A stretch of 64,000 bases of DNA from Callorhinchus milii (GCF_018977255.1 NW_024704742.1:90088001-90152000), one strand, 5' to 3'. Shown: positions 24,966 to 36,934, numbered from the stretch's first letter. Translations and numbers: made by a program. The notes: a model not told the origin generated them from the sequence alone.

Positions 24966-26439
24966 TTCACTTCCATTGTGTACACAGCAAGGCACACAGA
25001 CCACTTCCCATTCACTCCGTTGATTTCAATTCTTAACTTAGGACTCTTAACATATCAAGACATTTTTATGTCTGAAATCACATCGCACCAATTCACTTCC
25101 GCTGTGTGGAACCTAATATTACAAATGTCCTAGTCATTCTCACTGAGCACAATTCCTAATGCCTGTGTGACATTTAAACACAAGATCATGATCCCATCAG
25201 AAGGTGCCTCCCCCATCTCCATTAATACCCACTGAAGCAAATATAAAGTGTCTTAAGCAATTCCGTGCTTAAAGTCACCAGGAGGCAGCAGCACATTCCT
25301 GATATCTCATCACTGATATGGTTTGGTTCAGTTTCTTTACTTATATCCACTGAATGGATGATGAAATGGGCTGAGCTACAAAGACTTGCTGGACGTATTC
25401 ACTATATTTTATTTGAAGTTTATAGCTTCAGCCATCTCGCTCCAACCACAGGATTTCTTGGCAAACCAGTTCAGCACTTAAACCAAACACTTTCCCTTTC
25501 CTTGTGCCAAGAGACAATAAAACAAAATTCCCTTAAATAAGGCAGATATATTATCATAGGAATAAAAAAAACAAAATTATAGATGCTTATTGGTTGCTCA
25601 AAGATCTGCATAGCACTACAGGTGGGCAAACTTATCATTCCTGACTATGGGATCCCATTGTGACTAATTTCAGCCAATGCTTGTCATATGTTCCATTATT
25701 TTGTCTACTATAATCTCAGCTCCAATCTCTTTGCACTTCCTCAGAAGAAGGTAACGTCTGGCTATAGATTAACTACATCAGACATTTATATCACTCAGGA
25801 ACATGTGGTATTAGCAAGCACCGCACTCCATGCAAAATGAAATAAAATGAAAAAAAAACAAGAGCTTGAAAAGCAATACATTCTTGCTCCTGCGTAGTAG
25901 GTTCTCCAAGTTTAATGACTCATGCGTTGCTGCTTCTTTTCATGCTATACAGAGGTGAACAATGCTGTTACAAGCTTCAAACGGTGGCTAATATTACTCT
26001 AACAAAGCTCTCTAGAGGAAACCTGTCGGCACCAACTCTGTATGACATTATTAGCTGTCATGGAAAAGCATAAAGGGCAGCCAGACTGAAAATCTTGACA
26101 TAGCACACCACAAAGGGATAGAGTCCTCTCCTTCTAACAGATTGTCAGTATGTATTTACCAGAGCCTGGCTCCTCAGAGGACAGAAGCGAAGGAATCCGA
26201 GTGATTTGAGAGTGCCAGCTATCAAATTCAACCCCAGTTGAGGTGACAAAATTATAATTTCGCAACAAACACAAGAATAACCACCAAATAAAGTGGAAGT
26301 TATTGTTATAAACAAACAGCTGGGTCAAAACAATTAACCCTTTAACCCTTGCTGCCACTTATGAAAGTATAAAGTCTGGACATATAAAACTAAACCCCAT
26401 GATTTAATATTTTCTTCTTAAAATTGCAGGGCCAGTGTA

Positions 26440-26905
26440 TCCTGGCACATTGTACAGCGTCTGGCAGTATATATGATGGTATTTGTATTATGTGTCCTGG
26501 TATGTGTAATACAGGGTGTTGATTTATGAACTGGTATTTGTGCTGTTATATACACAAAATATGTTGGCGTATATGTTGGTGTACATACATGGATTAGTAT
26601 ATCTGTAATGTGCTAATATATGTGTTAGTGTATGTAAAGAATACATTGGTATATATGTATGCACAGAATGTGCTGGTATATGTTCAAAATGTACTGGAAT
26701 GTGTACAAAATGTGCTAATATATGCAAAGTGTGTGCTGGTGTTTGTGCACAGTGAGCTGGTAAAGTGCTGATGGCTGGTATCTGTTTATAGTGCCTGGTT
26801 GGTATATCTGTTGATATATGTGCTCATGTCTGCAAAGTCTGCTGGTATGTGCTGGTATATGTACAGACTTTGTTGGTATATATGCGCTGTGTGTTGGTGT
26901 AATGC
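26440..26905. repeat. Degenerate TG-rich minisatellite, about 21-bp period
   Basis: Consecutive units gcacagaatgtgctggtatat / gttcaaaatgtactggaatgt / gtacaaaatgtgctaatatat / gcaaagtgtgtgctggtgttt. Confidence 0.75.
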
Positions 26906-26906
26906 C

Positions 26907-26962
26907 AGCGCCTTGGGACGTCCTCCCAACGTGAAAGGCGCTATCCAATTTTGTTGTTGTTG
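26907..26962 (+). mobile_element. Extremely 5'-truncated L2 insertion (stem-loop and tail only)
   Basis: agcgccttgggacgtcctcccaacgtgaaaggcgctat...ttgttgttgttg. Confidence 0.85.
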
Positions 26963-27382
26963 TACATGTGCAGAGTGTGATGTTCAATAGTTAAATGGTG
27001 CTGTTATGAAACAATCAAGTTATGTACTCCTTACTAAAGCATTGTTATAAAACCTGTAACATTTTAAAATACATTCACTGGGGCAAAAAAGGAATTTACA
27101 CATTTCAAAATGATCTACTGTTCTAACAGCTGTAGATGCTTAGTACCACTCAGTCAGTTAGTCACCTTTACTTTCAAAATCCACAATACAGAATCATTTG
27201 AGACTGCTGGAAATATAGTGAAAGTTTTCAATGCTTGGTATCTTTAAAGATAAAGCAAAACTGATATCAAGCTGGATGAATAATGTATCGTAGAATAAGA
27301 GGTCAAGTATTGTTTTCCATAAGAAAAATGTAATAGCTGTTTGAGTTAGAATGCAAAGAATAAAAAAAAACATTTTATTTAC

Positions 27383-27436
27383 CAGAACAACAGTGGATAG
27401 GATCAGAAGTGTTGTTGCCCATTGACAGGCATCCAT
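27383..27436 (-). CDS. ADAMTSL1: ADAMTSL1 first coding exon, signal peptide MDACQWATTLLILSTVVL
   Basis: ATG in good Kozak context (catcATGG), 18 codons with a hydrophobic core, then a phase-0 donor CTG|gtaaat. It joins in frame to 4047-4174. It resembles human exon 1 MECCRRATPGTLLLFLAFLLL, which is also phase 0. Confidence 0.85.
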
Positions 27437-27800
27437 GATGAGAGGTTTGCTGGTACCCTGGATGACCTGGTTCCTCTGTTCACTGTCACACACCACAAGC
27501 CTCTACTAACACAGGGCAGTGCTGTCTATCTGCTCCCATCAGCTGTGCTCACGCTTCTTGAAGAAGGGGCAGTGAGTTTTTCTGAACTTGGAGATTTAGG
27601 CACACCGGCTGCCCAATCAGCTTTCAACTCCTCAGACATGCAAATAAAGTTAAGAGGAGGGGACGGGGAAAGAGACCTCCAGAGCCGGGGGCGTGTGTGT
27701 GTGTGAGTACGTGTGCTTGCAGTCTGTGAGCTGGCACGCTGTCAGTGAGGCAGAAGACATGCTAACTGTTGCCTGAGCCGCAGTAACCTTTGCCTCTCGG
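27437..27800 (-). promoter_or_regulatory. Putative ADAMTSL1 5'UTR and proximal promoter
   Basis: Unique, GC-richer sequence immediately upstream of the ATG. Contains CCAAT (27613-27617), octamer ATGCAAAT (27638-27645), a GC/KLF box GGGGGCGTG (27687-27695) and (GT)n. The TSS cannot be determined from sequence. Confidence 0.55.
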
Positions 27801-28889
27801 TTCCTCTCTCATGTGCACTGCCTCTCCTGTTTAAACATTTCAAGCGTCTTGAGTGACTGCAATCATCCATCAGGCATTCCAGCTGCACCAGAAGTGCTGG
27901 CTAACACCCAGGCAGTGGGCAAACCATGTATAATTCCATTCTGCCAGGGTTTAACACCAGGGAAAATGATAAAAAGCTGTTACAATCAATCTTATTTGAC
28001 AGCTGGGGGCTCACGCTGGGATTAAACACTGTGTTTCTCCCCCTACCTTCACTTAAACATTTATATTAACCTAAGAAGCCATTAACTGCTTCCCACTTTA
28101 AAAGAATGCACAGCAGCAGAATTAATTCCCACAAATATCCCATAATGTCCATTGTACCATTTGTGACACGCTTGACGCTCGTCAACTTTAATTTCTTTGA
28201 AATTAATCTCCTGGGCAAATGTGCTTTTAAAATTGCTTGTTAGAACCACTTCAGCACAGGCTGTCTCTGTGAGTACACACGGTGCCCTCGCATGCTCATA
28301 AATGTTGGAAATGCCAAGGGGGTGCTGGACTGGAGGGATAGCGCCTCATGCTGGTACTTTCACAGCAATACAAGTTCAGGTTCCACAGGCTTTTGCTTTT
28401 GTTCCGCTCAAGAACAAGATAAAATAGTAACACGACCCAAACTGGAACGATTACCGTGACGATATCCATTTATAAGTCATGAGATTTCTCAAAATACATG
28501 TCAACAATGTACACAGTGACTACACTTTACAGTAAATGCTGTGAAGCGCTTTGAAACGACTCTGCTCATCGCGTGCCTCAGCTTCTCTCCACAATAGCTA
28601 CAGACTCAAACTCTGTAGCATATGTCGTCTCCCACACCAACATCCACATCCTCGTTCAGCTCCACCGGCTTCACTCTCTGAAACACCATCCAGGATCCCA
28701 CCACCTTGCTCCCTCCCTTCCTGCCTGAAAATCCTGATTCCAAGTGCACATTCAACCACCTTTCCCACCCCATCTTTCCCATTGAGACGTCTCGAAGGGC
28801 TTTACAGATATACTATAAAGTAAATTGACTGTGTTTTTTTAATGGGCAAAAAAAAATGTAAATTGTCATTTGGAGCTCAGAGAGACTAA

Positions 28890-29233
28890 AATGACACTCC
28901 AGTGCAGTGCTGGGGTGTGCTGCATTGTTAGAGATTCTGTTCTTCAAATGAGACGTTAAACCAAGCCCCCATCTGGCTGTTCAGGTAGACGTTAAAGCTA
29001 CCATGGCACTATTCAAAAAGGGAAAGGAGTGCCTCCTGATAGCCTGGCCAACAATCCCCCAAATAAAATTGGTCATTCACTCCATGGCTGTTTGTGGGAC
29101 ATTTGCGATGTGCAAATTGGCTGCTGAGTTGTCCCACAAAACACAATGTCACTGCATTTCACAGTATATCCTGTGAACTACTTTGAGACATCCTTGAGAC
29201 ATAAAAAGTGCTATACCAAATACAAATATTATT
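28890..29233 (+). mobile_element. Older Deu-SINE, family B
   Basis: atgagacgttaaaccaagccccc...aggtagacgttaaagctaccatggcactattc...ggctgtttgtgggac...aaattggctgc matches the Deu domain. Confidence 0.8.
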
Positions 29234-29240
29234 AGAAGAA

Positions 29241-29379
29241 AGTGTGCATTCCAATCCAACAATCTGTGGGATTTCCATGTGTAGGTGGGATTCATTGAAA
29301 TCTCAGTTTGGTTTGGATGCTTAGTACCGAGCATGGTGATGGCTTTCTGCATGTATCAGACAAACGGCTGATAAAAAAA
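29241..29379 (+). repeat. Family U, 3' end with A-tail
   Basis: ttccatgtgtaggtggga...gcatggtgatggctttctgcatgtatcagac...ctgataaaaaaa. Confidence 0.7.
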
Positions 29380-29814
29380 TAGATATATATCATGTGCCTC
29401 TGGCTGCTAGTGTGAGTGACTGCACTCCAGAGTTTACGTCTCTGACTCAGTGGTCCTGGACTAGGTGACTTCAGGAGAAGGATGTGCTTACTAAATGTAT
29501 TGGAATTTTCTTCCTAATGTATAATGGTGAGATGATGGATGTCACTTATGTGAATTTTAGAATGACATTGGCACTGTTCCACATAAAAGTTCATGCCATG
29601 GCGTAGATGGCAATGTATTAAACTGGGATTAGCAAAAAGCTTTGTTTTATATATAGCAAAGCACAAATGTTCTCAAACGGTACTCTAAACTTTCTATGAC
29701 TTCTCTTAGTTTATCCACAGACGGGATGGCTAAAGTCGCTTACAGCTGAAAAATGCTTCATATATTCAGATAGATGTAGGTTTTGCTGACATTTCGCAAT
29801 TTCAGAATAGGAAA

Positions 29815-30170
29815 GATGGAAAGGGACGCACAGGCAATGAAAGGCCCTTCAGCCCATGATCTCTTCCTTCCAAATTACACACCCAATCACCTTCCCATTA
29901 AAATATCATACTGTATGAATCCAACATCCTGGAATCCCTGTTCCCTTTCAGGCTGTTAATTGTCCTCCGTGGAAAGAAATATCTCCTGTTTTTTTACTTC
30001 AAATTGCCCTTCCCAACCCTGAACTTGTGTGCTCTTCTGTTGTGTTGGCATATCTTAAACTATTGTTCTGGGTTACTTTCTCTATCTCATTTAGCAAACT
30101 GGAAATAGTGTGAGGCCAGCAAGCTCTGAAAACTCTGAACTTCCTACATAAGACGATAACTGATCTCATC
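29815..30170 (-). mobile_element. Decayed CR1 3' region
   Basis: aggcccttcagcccat...gaaagaaatatctcc...aaattgccctt...gaacttgtg, similar to 36400-36698. Confidence 0.55.
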
Positions 30171-32961
30171 CAAAAATGCATAAAATACAATTAAATTAAA
30201 ATCTTATTGACCATTGAGGTTCAGACTTGTAGATAAGCTTCAGTCACGACTGTTCAATGCATAATCCATGATTGCCTTCAATGTTATTTTTCGAGCAATA
30301 AACTCCTGCACCATTTTGTTTTTCTAAGCATTACAAATAAATGATCTGTGTTTATATTCCCGGTAATAGCATTTCTTGGCAAAGTAAGAGTATCGTCTTT
30401 CAGACTGATTTCTGTAAGCACGTTAAACATAAAATAAACAGTGCTACTGTACTGTGCTGTGTCTTCAAGATTTTTTGTTTCTGCTCATGTTCGCATCAAG
30501 GAATTATAAATCATCTGAAATACATCCTAACAAAGTTTCACTACATACACCAATTAAATAATTCAGAGACAGAGATATCAAGACACAGAGATATTAATAA
30601 TGCTTATTACTAAAGATTATAATGTTTCAAATTGTTAGTGTAATGATGTAATTGAAATGTTCCTCTTTGAGACAGCTCTGCCCTGTGGTTATCACTGCAG
30701 CAATGAAGAACCAGGATTAGCACTGGAAAAGTGGGGGAGTTCATAGGATTTTTTGCACGTGCAGAAGGTTGATAAAATATGGATTTTTTTTGGTAGAAGT
30801 GAGAATTAAAGCTGAAAACATAAACATTTAAAAGAGCATTGGACAAGCACTTGAAGAGAAACATAAGGGTAAAGAGAAGGGGATTGGGATTGGTATTAGA
30901 ATAATTTGCTTCACTGAATGAGTTAGCACAAATTTAGATTTGTGGGTTGAACTGCCTTCTCCTATGCATAGGTGGAGGTTATTCAGCCCATGATCTCTTC
31001 CTTCCAAATTACATGTCCAATCATCTTCCCATTGATGAGAGCAGCCCATCAAATCTTTGATGATAGCAAATCAAATCTATGATAGAAATGACAAAGATAT
31101 GCTTTGATCAATTTCAAACTAGCACTGCTGTGAATTTACTCTCAGGTATACTCATGAAAACCACAGAAATCTACGGGCATGAAATTATTGCTATTATTGG
31201 CTTCTGTTCCACACATGCACACAGAGGGAATTGCAAACCTTGCCTCTTTCAGGCCTCACTAAAACCTTGCCAACTTTAAATGCTTTTTAAGAGGAGGGGA
31301 GGAGGGTTGATGTTCAATCCCAACCTTTTGTTCCTCCCAGTTTCTTTTAATTTAGGTAAGGATAAGCATCAACATTGAAACTGATCTTCGCAGTAATGTC
31401 AGTTTATCCTCAATTTAGGGCTGGATGCTCTCCTGGTATTTCTTTCATTTCACATGACATGATCTTTCATCGGTGAAAATACATTTTATGACATTTGAAA
31501 TGGGGCACAGATGTTCATATATATAAAAAAAATTGTTAAGTTCTTTCTATTTGACATTGTACAAAGAATTCTTAATAGCAATCATACACGCACTCCCCTA
31601 TATCGAGTGACAGCAATGGATAGCTATGGGGCAGTCTGACCTGGATGGTGAATGTTGTCAGAAATTACTGTGAGAGCTGGAACCTGTGCAGGGGAGGGGA
31701 GAAGGCACTAAATGAGCCTTTTAATCAGTACTGCTCGATTCAAAATGACTAGTTATTTATCATCTTTTGTTCTCTGTCTTTTGTGTGAACAGCACTTTTT
31801 TAGAGGTAAGAGGTATAAATTTCAAGAAGAATGAAACAAGACTACTATTGTACTTACCTGCCCAATTTTGCCGAGGGGAAGAAAACGAAGGATGTGGTAA
31901 TAAATTAACAGCTGAACTTACAATTATTGCTAATAAGAACACTTTATCAACAAAATAAGGACATCAATCCCCCTTTTAGAATATACGGAATGAGAAATGA
32001 TCACAGAGTCTATTCATTCTGGCCTTACAGCAGATCAGGCACAATTTGTACTACTACAGAAAAGACTCTCATTATGACAAGTACACAGATGGTTAGATAT
32101 GTTCGGTGCATTAATTTATTGTGTTCAAGATCATCTTTGAAGGCCTATTCTGCCAGGTAATCCATCTGGGACAATGGCACACACAATGGACTGAATAGCC
32201 TCCTTCTGTGCTAAAAATGTCTATGTTTCTATTTTCAATGCTGTTGCATGGAAAGACTGATCGCCTTTTATGATCCAATGTCCACTGAGGGATTTCCCCC
32301 CTTATTGGGGAGAGGGGGAGGATTATTCACTGCTCACTGATAAATTGACCACCTTATTTTTTTAAGGGGGTTGGAGGGGGTGGGGAAGCTGTACTCATAG
32401 TGAGAAATGTCATGTTTGGAAGAGGAAGTCGGACTTATACTTCCAACTTCCAATCACTTTCACCACAGGCTAAAGGAGACCTGGGGCAGTACCCGAGCGC
32501 TTTTTTTTAACATTATCAAAGAGAAAGTCACTCAACCAACTCTTTGGTAATATTAAAAATGATGCTTCTTGGGTGGTCCTTTTGATCCGTTTCCACCATC
32601 TGCATTGAAACTGCATTGGCATGAATCAAAATTAGCCTAAATGTTTCCACACAGAGGGTTCTTACAATATTAGAAGATTGAGTGCTTTGGTCCAAGTGGC
32701 TAATGAAGCGGACACAATAACAGCATTTAAAAGAAAAGTTTGATAAACAATGAGCAAGAGTAGAAAAGGATACAAGAAAAGAGCAGAGAAATGGAATTGA
32801 AGTAGCTAACCTCAGTGCATGAGATAGCCCTAGTTTAGGCTCAAAAGGTCCAAACGTTCTTGTCCTGCATTGCCATTTCTATGTACCACTCAAATTACTT
32901 TGTGAAGGTGATCTCAGCAGCCAGTGTCTAATAATAAATCTATTATTGTATTGATATACAA

Positions 32962-33365
32962 TCCAGCTCGTGCCCTCTCCCACACCAGGCTCTGTGACCC
33001 CATCACCCCACCCTCGCCCGGCTCCACTGGCTCCCATTCCCTGAGAGGATAGACTTCAAAATCCTCGTCCTCACTTTCAAGGCCCTCCACGGCCTTGCCC
33101 CTCCCACCTCTCTGACCTGCTGACCCACTATCAACCTGTCTGCTCTCTCTGTTCAGCAGGTTCGGGCCTGCTCCATGTCTCCTACCCTACCTGCCCTACC
33201 ATTGGTGGCCGGGCTATCAGCCTCTCTGCCCCCCACTTTAGAATTTCATCCTACAATCCCTTCACCTTGCTCCCTCCCTTGCCTCCTTCAAGGCATAACT
33301 CAAGACTCTCCTTTTCGATCGTGCCTTCAGCCGCGCTCCTACTTCTCTGCCCCCCCTCATCCCAA
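32962..33365 (+). mobile_element. L2 3' fragment
   Basis: RALSHTRLCDPITP..LHWLP..RIDFKILVLTFKALHG-like sequence. Confidence 0.85.
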
Positions 33366-33529
33366 GTGGTAATTTATGCAACTTGGGAATAGGGACTGAG
33401 TTTATCCAATTTGCATACAAAAATGTTCCACCGGTCAGTGGTCACTAACTTATTCTTCTTTACAATAATTTTATGCAGTTGCATCTTCACTTGTATCTGG
33501 TGGTTGAACTCCCTTTGGTTTTCGAATAG

Positions 33530-33706
33530 TATCATGGAGTCTTTCATGTCCTCCTGAACAGACAAACATGTACTTAAGTTTAATGTTTAATTTGAAGGAT
33601 GGCAGCTCTGATAACTTATACTATAAGTGCAAGTCCCAATATGGGGATTGAACCCACAACCTTCTGACCCAGGGGCAAAAGTGCTAGCAACTGAGCCAAG
33701 CTGACA
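33530..33706 (-). mobile_element. Older Deu-SINE family B, 5' part with tRNA-like head
   Basis: gattgaacccacaaccttctgacc...gctagcaactgagccaagctgac is the reverse of a SacSINE1-like head. Confidence 0.65.
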
Positions 33707-34744
33707 TCTAAATCAGATGAAAGTTTTAAGTGACCCTCAGCCCCTCAGGAGTAGGGTGTCCTCTGCTTTCAAGACAAAATTCAGCTTGGCTTCTGGTGAT
33801 TCTCACTAACATCACAGCAGGGCAATTTCCCCGCTTCAAATATTGCAACAGTTCAAGGCCTCAGCAATTAACAGCTCAGTTCAGATGGCTGGGCAACATA
33901 AAGTACCATCATGACATTTTAATTCAAAGGAAGCCAATTGCTTTTCGTGCTGAAGGTTTTACTTCACCTTTTAGGCCTGGATACCATCATGGATTTATAA
34001 TAGGAGTCTCCCAACTGGAATTGAGCAAAATATTCATATTCTACAGAGCCCTTCATGGTTAAGGAACCTGCATGTCTTTGCCATTCCCCTCCACAAGATT
34101 TTTCACGTCTTCACGTGAGAATAATTAACCTTAAAGTGAATAAATAAAAATTATTATGTTGCATATTGAAATTTGGAAGATGATAGAAAATTTAAAAAAG
34201 GAAGGTAACTCATTCATGATAACAATCATTCACTAACAACCAATCCTGACATTTTTGGTTTTCATTACTAAAAAACATACATTATGCAGAGTGCAGCTGT
34301 GGTGATTTTATGCACAGAAGTTATCAAGCTGGCAGCACCACTGGACTTTGGTATGAAACACCTGAGCAATTGTTTTTTAGGTGAAAGATCAGTGGTTACT
34401 GACTTATTCTTCTTTACAATAATTTTACGCAGTTACATCTTCACTTGTAGCACCATGAATTCCAGAGTAAAGAAAGGCTCGTCTCCTGATTAATTCACCG
34501 AGGAAGCCACTGATAATGATAATTGACTGACTGATGTGAAGCATACTTCTGTGGGACAGGCCTACTACTCTTGATCTCCCCAATAACCAGCATATTCTGC
34601 TAGTGAGCAGTATTCTACTAAAGGATTGCCAAAACTCACCTGATGTAAGGCGGATTGTTTTCTGTGACACAATTTTAATGTTTTTATCATTTATTTGTTG
34701 CTCACGTTACAGCCCTAAAATTAGCATGCAGACTAATGACATGT

Positions 34745-35070
34745 GTGGAGTCCTGTAGCTCAGTGGTTAGAGCACTCGCTTTGCAAGCGAGAGACCCGAG
34801 TTCAATTCCAGGCAGAGGGCGAAACCTTGGGCAAGTTTCCTTACTCCACACAGAGCCTAATAATAATCCCTCCAAAACCAAAAACAATAAATTGGTCATT
34901 TTCAATCTACGACTGTTTGTGGGACATTGCTGTGCGCAATTGGCTGCCGCGTTCGCCCACAAATATACAGTCAATTCACTTTACAGTATATTCTGTGAAG
35001 CGCTTTGGGACGTCCTCCTGACGTGAAAAGCGCTATATCAAATGCAAGGATTATTATTATTATTATTATT
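34745..35070 (+). mobile_element. SINE family A, young subfamily (best-preserved copy)
   Basis: Intact A box TAGCTCAGTGG, anticodon arm CTCGC-TTTGCAA-GCGAG, B box, CpGs retained, stem-loop tail and (TTA)n. Confidence 0.95.
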
Positions 35071-35146
35071 AATGAGGTTTATGCAACAACACAAATAAGA
35101 AAGGAAACAATTACAGAGAATGACTTGCCTCCCCATTAAATACTTA

Positions 35147-35430
35147 GGAACATAGGAGAAGAGGCGCAGGAGGAAGCCATTCAGCCCACTGAGCCTTTTC
35201 CACCAGTTTATTAGATCAATGCTCCCGCTGGAATTGAAAGGATTAGTTGAGGTATAGATCAGCCATGATCTAATTAAATGGCAGAACAGGCTCGAAGGGC
35301 TGAACGGCCTCCTCCTGTTCCTATGTTCCTATGCTCCTTTTGCCAATCCCCCTTAATATCTCTGCTACCCCAGTATCTATCTCTCTTATGAATATTGCCA
35401 TTAATTCCACCTCTATAGCTTTCTGGAGCA
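35147..35430. mobile_element. Two opposed CR1 3' ends (a plus fragment inside a minus fragment)
   Basis: aggaacatagga...ggaggaagccattcagccc (minus) and gggctgaacggcctcctcctgttcctatgttcct (plus, about 35230-35333). Confidence 0.7.
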
Positions 35431-36698
35431 GAGCATGCACATAGATGGCAGGTGGCTAGGCCTAAAAGGGTGACCCCCCCCCACGAAAAAAAAATCTATC
35501 TACAGCTTCACCTCTTTAAGGGGAGCTGTGTGGGGAAAAGGGGAAAGCCCTAAGCCCTGAGGAGGACCACAGGCAGCCCCACCCCACGGCACCAGTGGGC
35601 CACCCTTGCCCCTCTCCCAACTTGTCGTTGGCTCCAGCCCACTGCCAATCCACAGGCTATTCGTAGGGACGTCCTCACCTCTGATTGGCTGATGGACCTC
35701 GGAGTCTGTGTGGTGAGGAGGGTGGCCATTTTCGAAGTTGGCACAGAGTCTGCACCTGTCTTAAAGGGGACCAGCACTTTAACTGAGTTTTATTTATTAA
35801 ACCCCCACCCGACCCCACAAAGAATATTTTCACCTGTCGCCTATGGGCATTCCACGTCTTTGCAATCCTTTGTGATGAAATGCTTCTGGACCTCGAAGAA
35901 TGCAATTAGAATAGCTCCCCTATTAGCCGTTAAGCGATCCCAGACACTACCCTGTGTGAAGGGCGCTATATAAATACAAGTTGTTAGTGGTGTTGTAACT
36001 CAGCAAGTGTTACTCCCCCTCTGAAAAAAAATAATTTGAATAGTAATTACCTCCTCCAATCCAAACTATCTAGGACTCTACATTAACATGCCAAATTTGC
36101 CTTATTAGTCCTTCTGGACTCTCCTAGGTTTGACTGTGATAGTTTTGTTTTGCACACATGATTTTTAACTGTTCTGCACAGAATATAGAAAGTTTGCACA
36201 TTGTTGTTAACTTGCATGCTGCAAGAATCAAGCCCTTTCATTGATCATCACGTTATATATTGACACTAAAATATTTTGTCTCTCTGGTGACATCTTGCAG
36301 GTTACACAAAAGATTGGTGAATTCATGTGATAACCTAGTCTACAGATTTGTGGTTCTAGTAGAGGTCACTTTAATCATCATTACAAGTTCACAAGAAAGG
36401 TTTAGATGATGACAATGGTTCAGACCATTTGATCTCTTTCTTCCAGAATACCTATCCTAACTTCACATTGCAGTATGAAGCGGTTTCTTAAATTAATCCA
36501 ATGTCCTGGGCTCCAGCAACTGCCTTTCTGGTAATCCATTCCAGCTGTTAATTACCCTCTGTGTATAGAAATACTTCCCAGTGTCTGATCTAAATTACCC
36601 TTCACAGACCTGAACTTGTGCCCTCTTATTCTGCTCTCTTGGTGTATTTGGAAGCATTGTTCTGGGTTTACTTTATCAATCCCATTAAGCATCTCATG

Positions 36699-36934
36699 CA
36701 GTAGAATCCTCCTATAATATAGTCCGTAATAATGCGGGTTCGCTTATAGTGCAAATAGCATGTGGCCCCCATTCACTACGCTGGTCCTGTGCTTTAAACT
36801 GGTCACTGTGATGCACAATAAGTAACTATGGCAGCGAACATCATGCATAGTGAAACTGGCAACAGAGACCTTGTTATAACATGAGTTGGGAATTTTTGGC
36901 CCCTCAACCAAAGCATTATAACAGGACTCGACTG
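36699..36934. mobile_element. Tigger/pogo-type (Tc1/mariner) MITE inserted in a decayed CR1
   Basis: TIRs cagtagaatcctcctataat / attataacaggactcgactg. TA on the right flank, TG on the left (decayed TA). CR1-like host sequence on both sides (about 36400-37010). Confidence 0.7.

Larger units (their letters stand above)
4175..27382 (-). other. ADAMTSL1: ADAMTSL1 intron 1 (GT-AG, about 23.2 kb, repeat-rich)
   Basis: Bounded by gtaaat at 27382 and tttcag at 4175 on the minus strand; exon phases are compatible. Confidence 0.82.

Noticed and set aside
26440..26905. CRISPR-like array
   Set aside because: Contiguous degenerate tandem units with no unique spacers, eukaryotic context, and no cas genes.
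27194..27496. 100-aa minus-strand ORF as a single-exon membrane protein
   Set aside because: Only 27383-27436 is supported. The rest is UTR (non-ATG start) and read-through past the gtaaat donor into T-rich intron.
34745..34818. tRNA-Ala gene
   Set aside because: It is the SINE head: no proper acceptor stem or T-run terminator, and it continues into the SINE body in all copies.
35450..35910. GC-richer block with ATTGG and GCCATTTT motifs as a second promoter
   Set aside because: Sandwiched between CR1 and L2 remnants with no associated exon; probably a decayed transposon interior.
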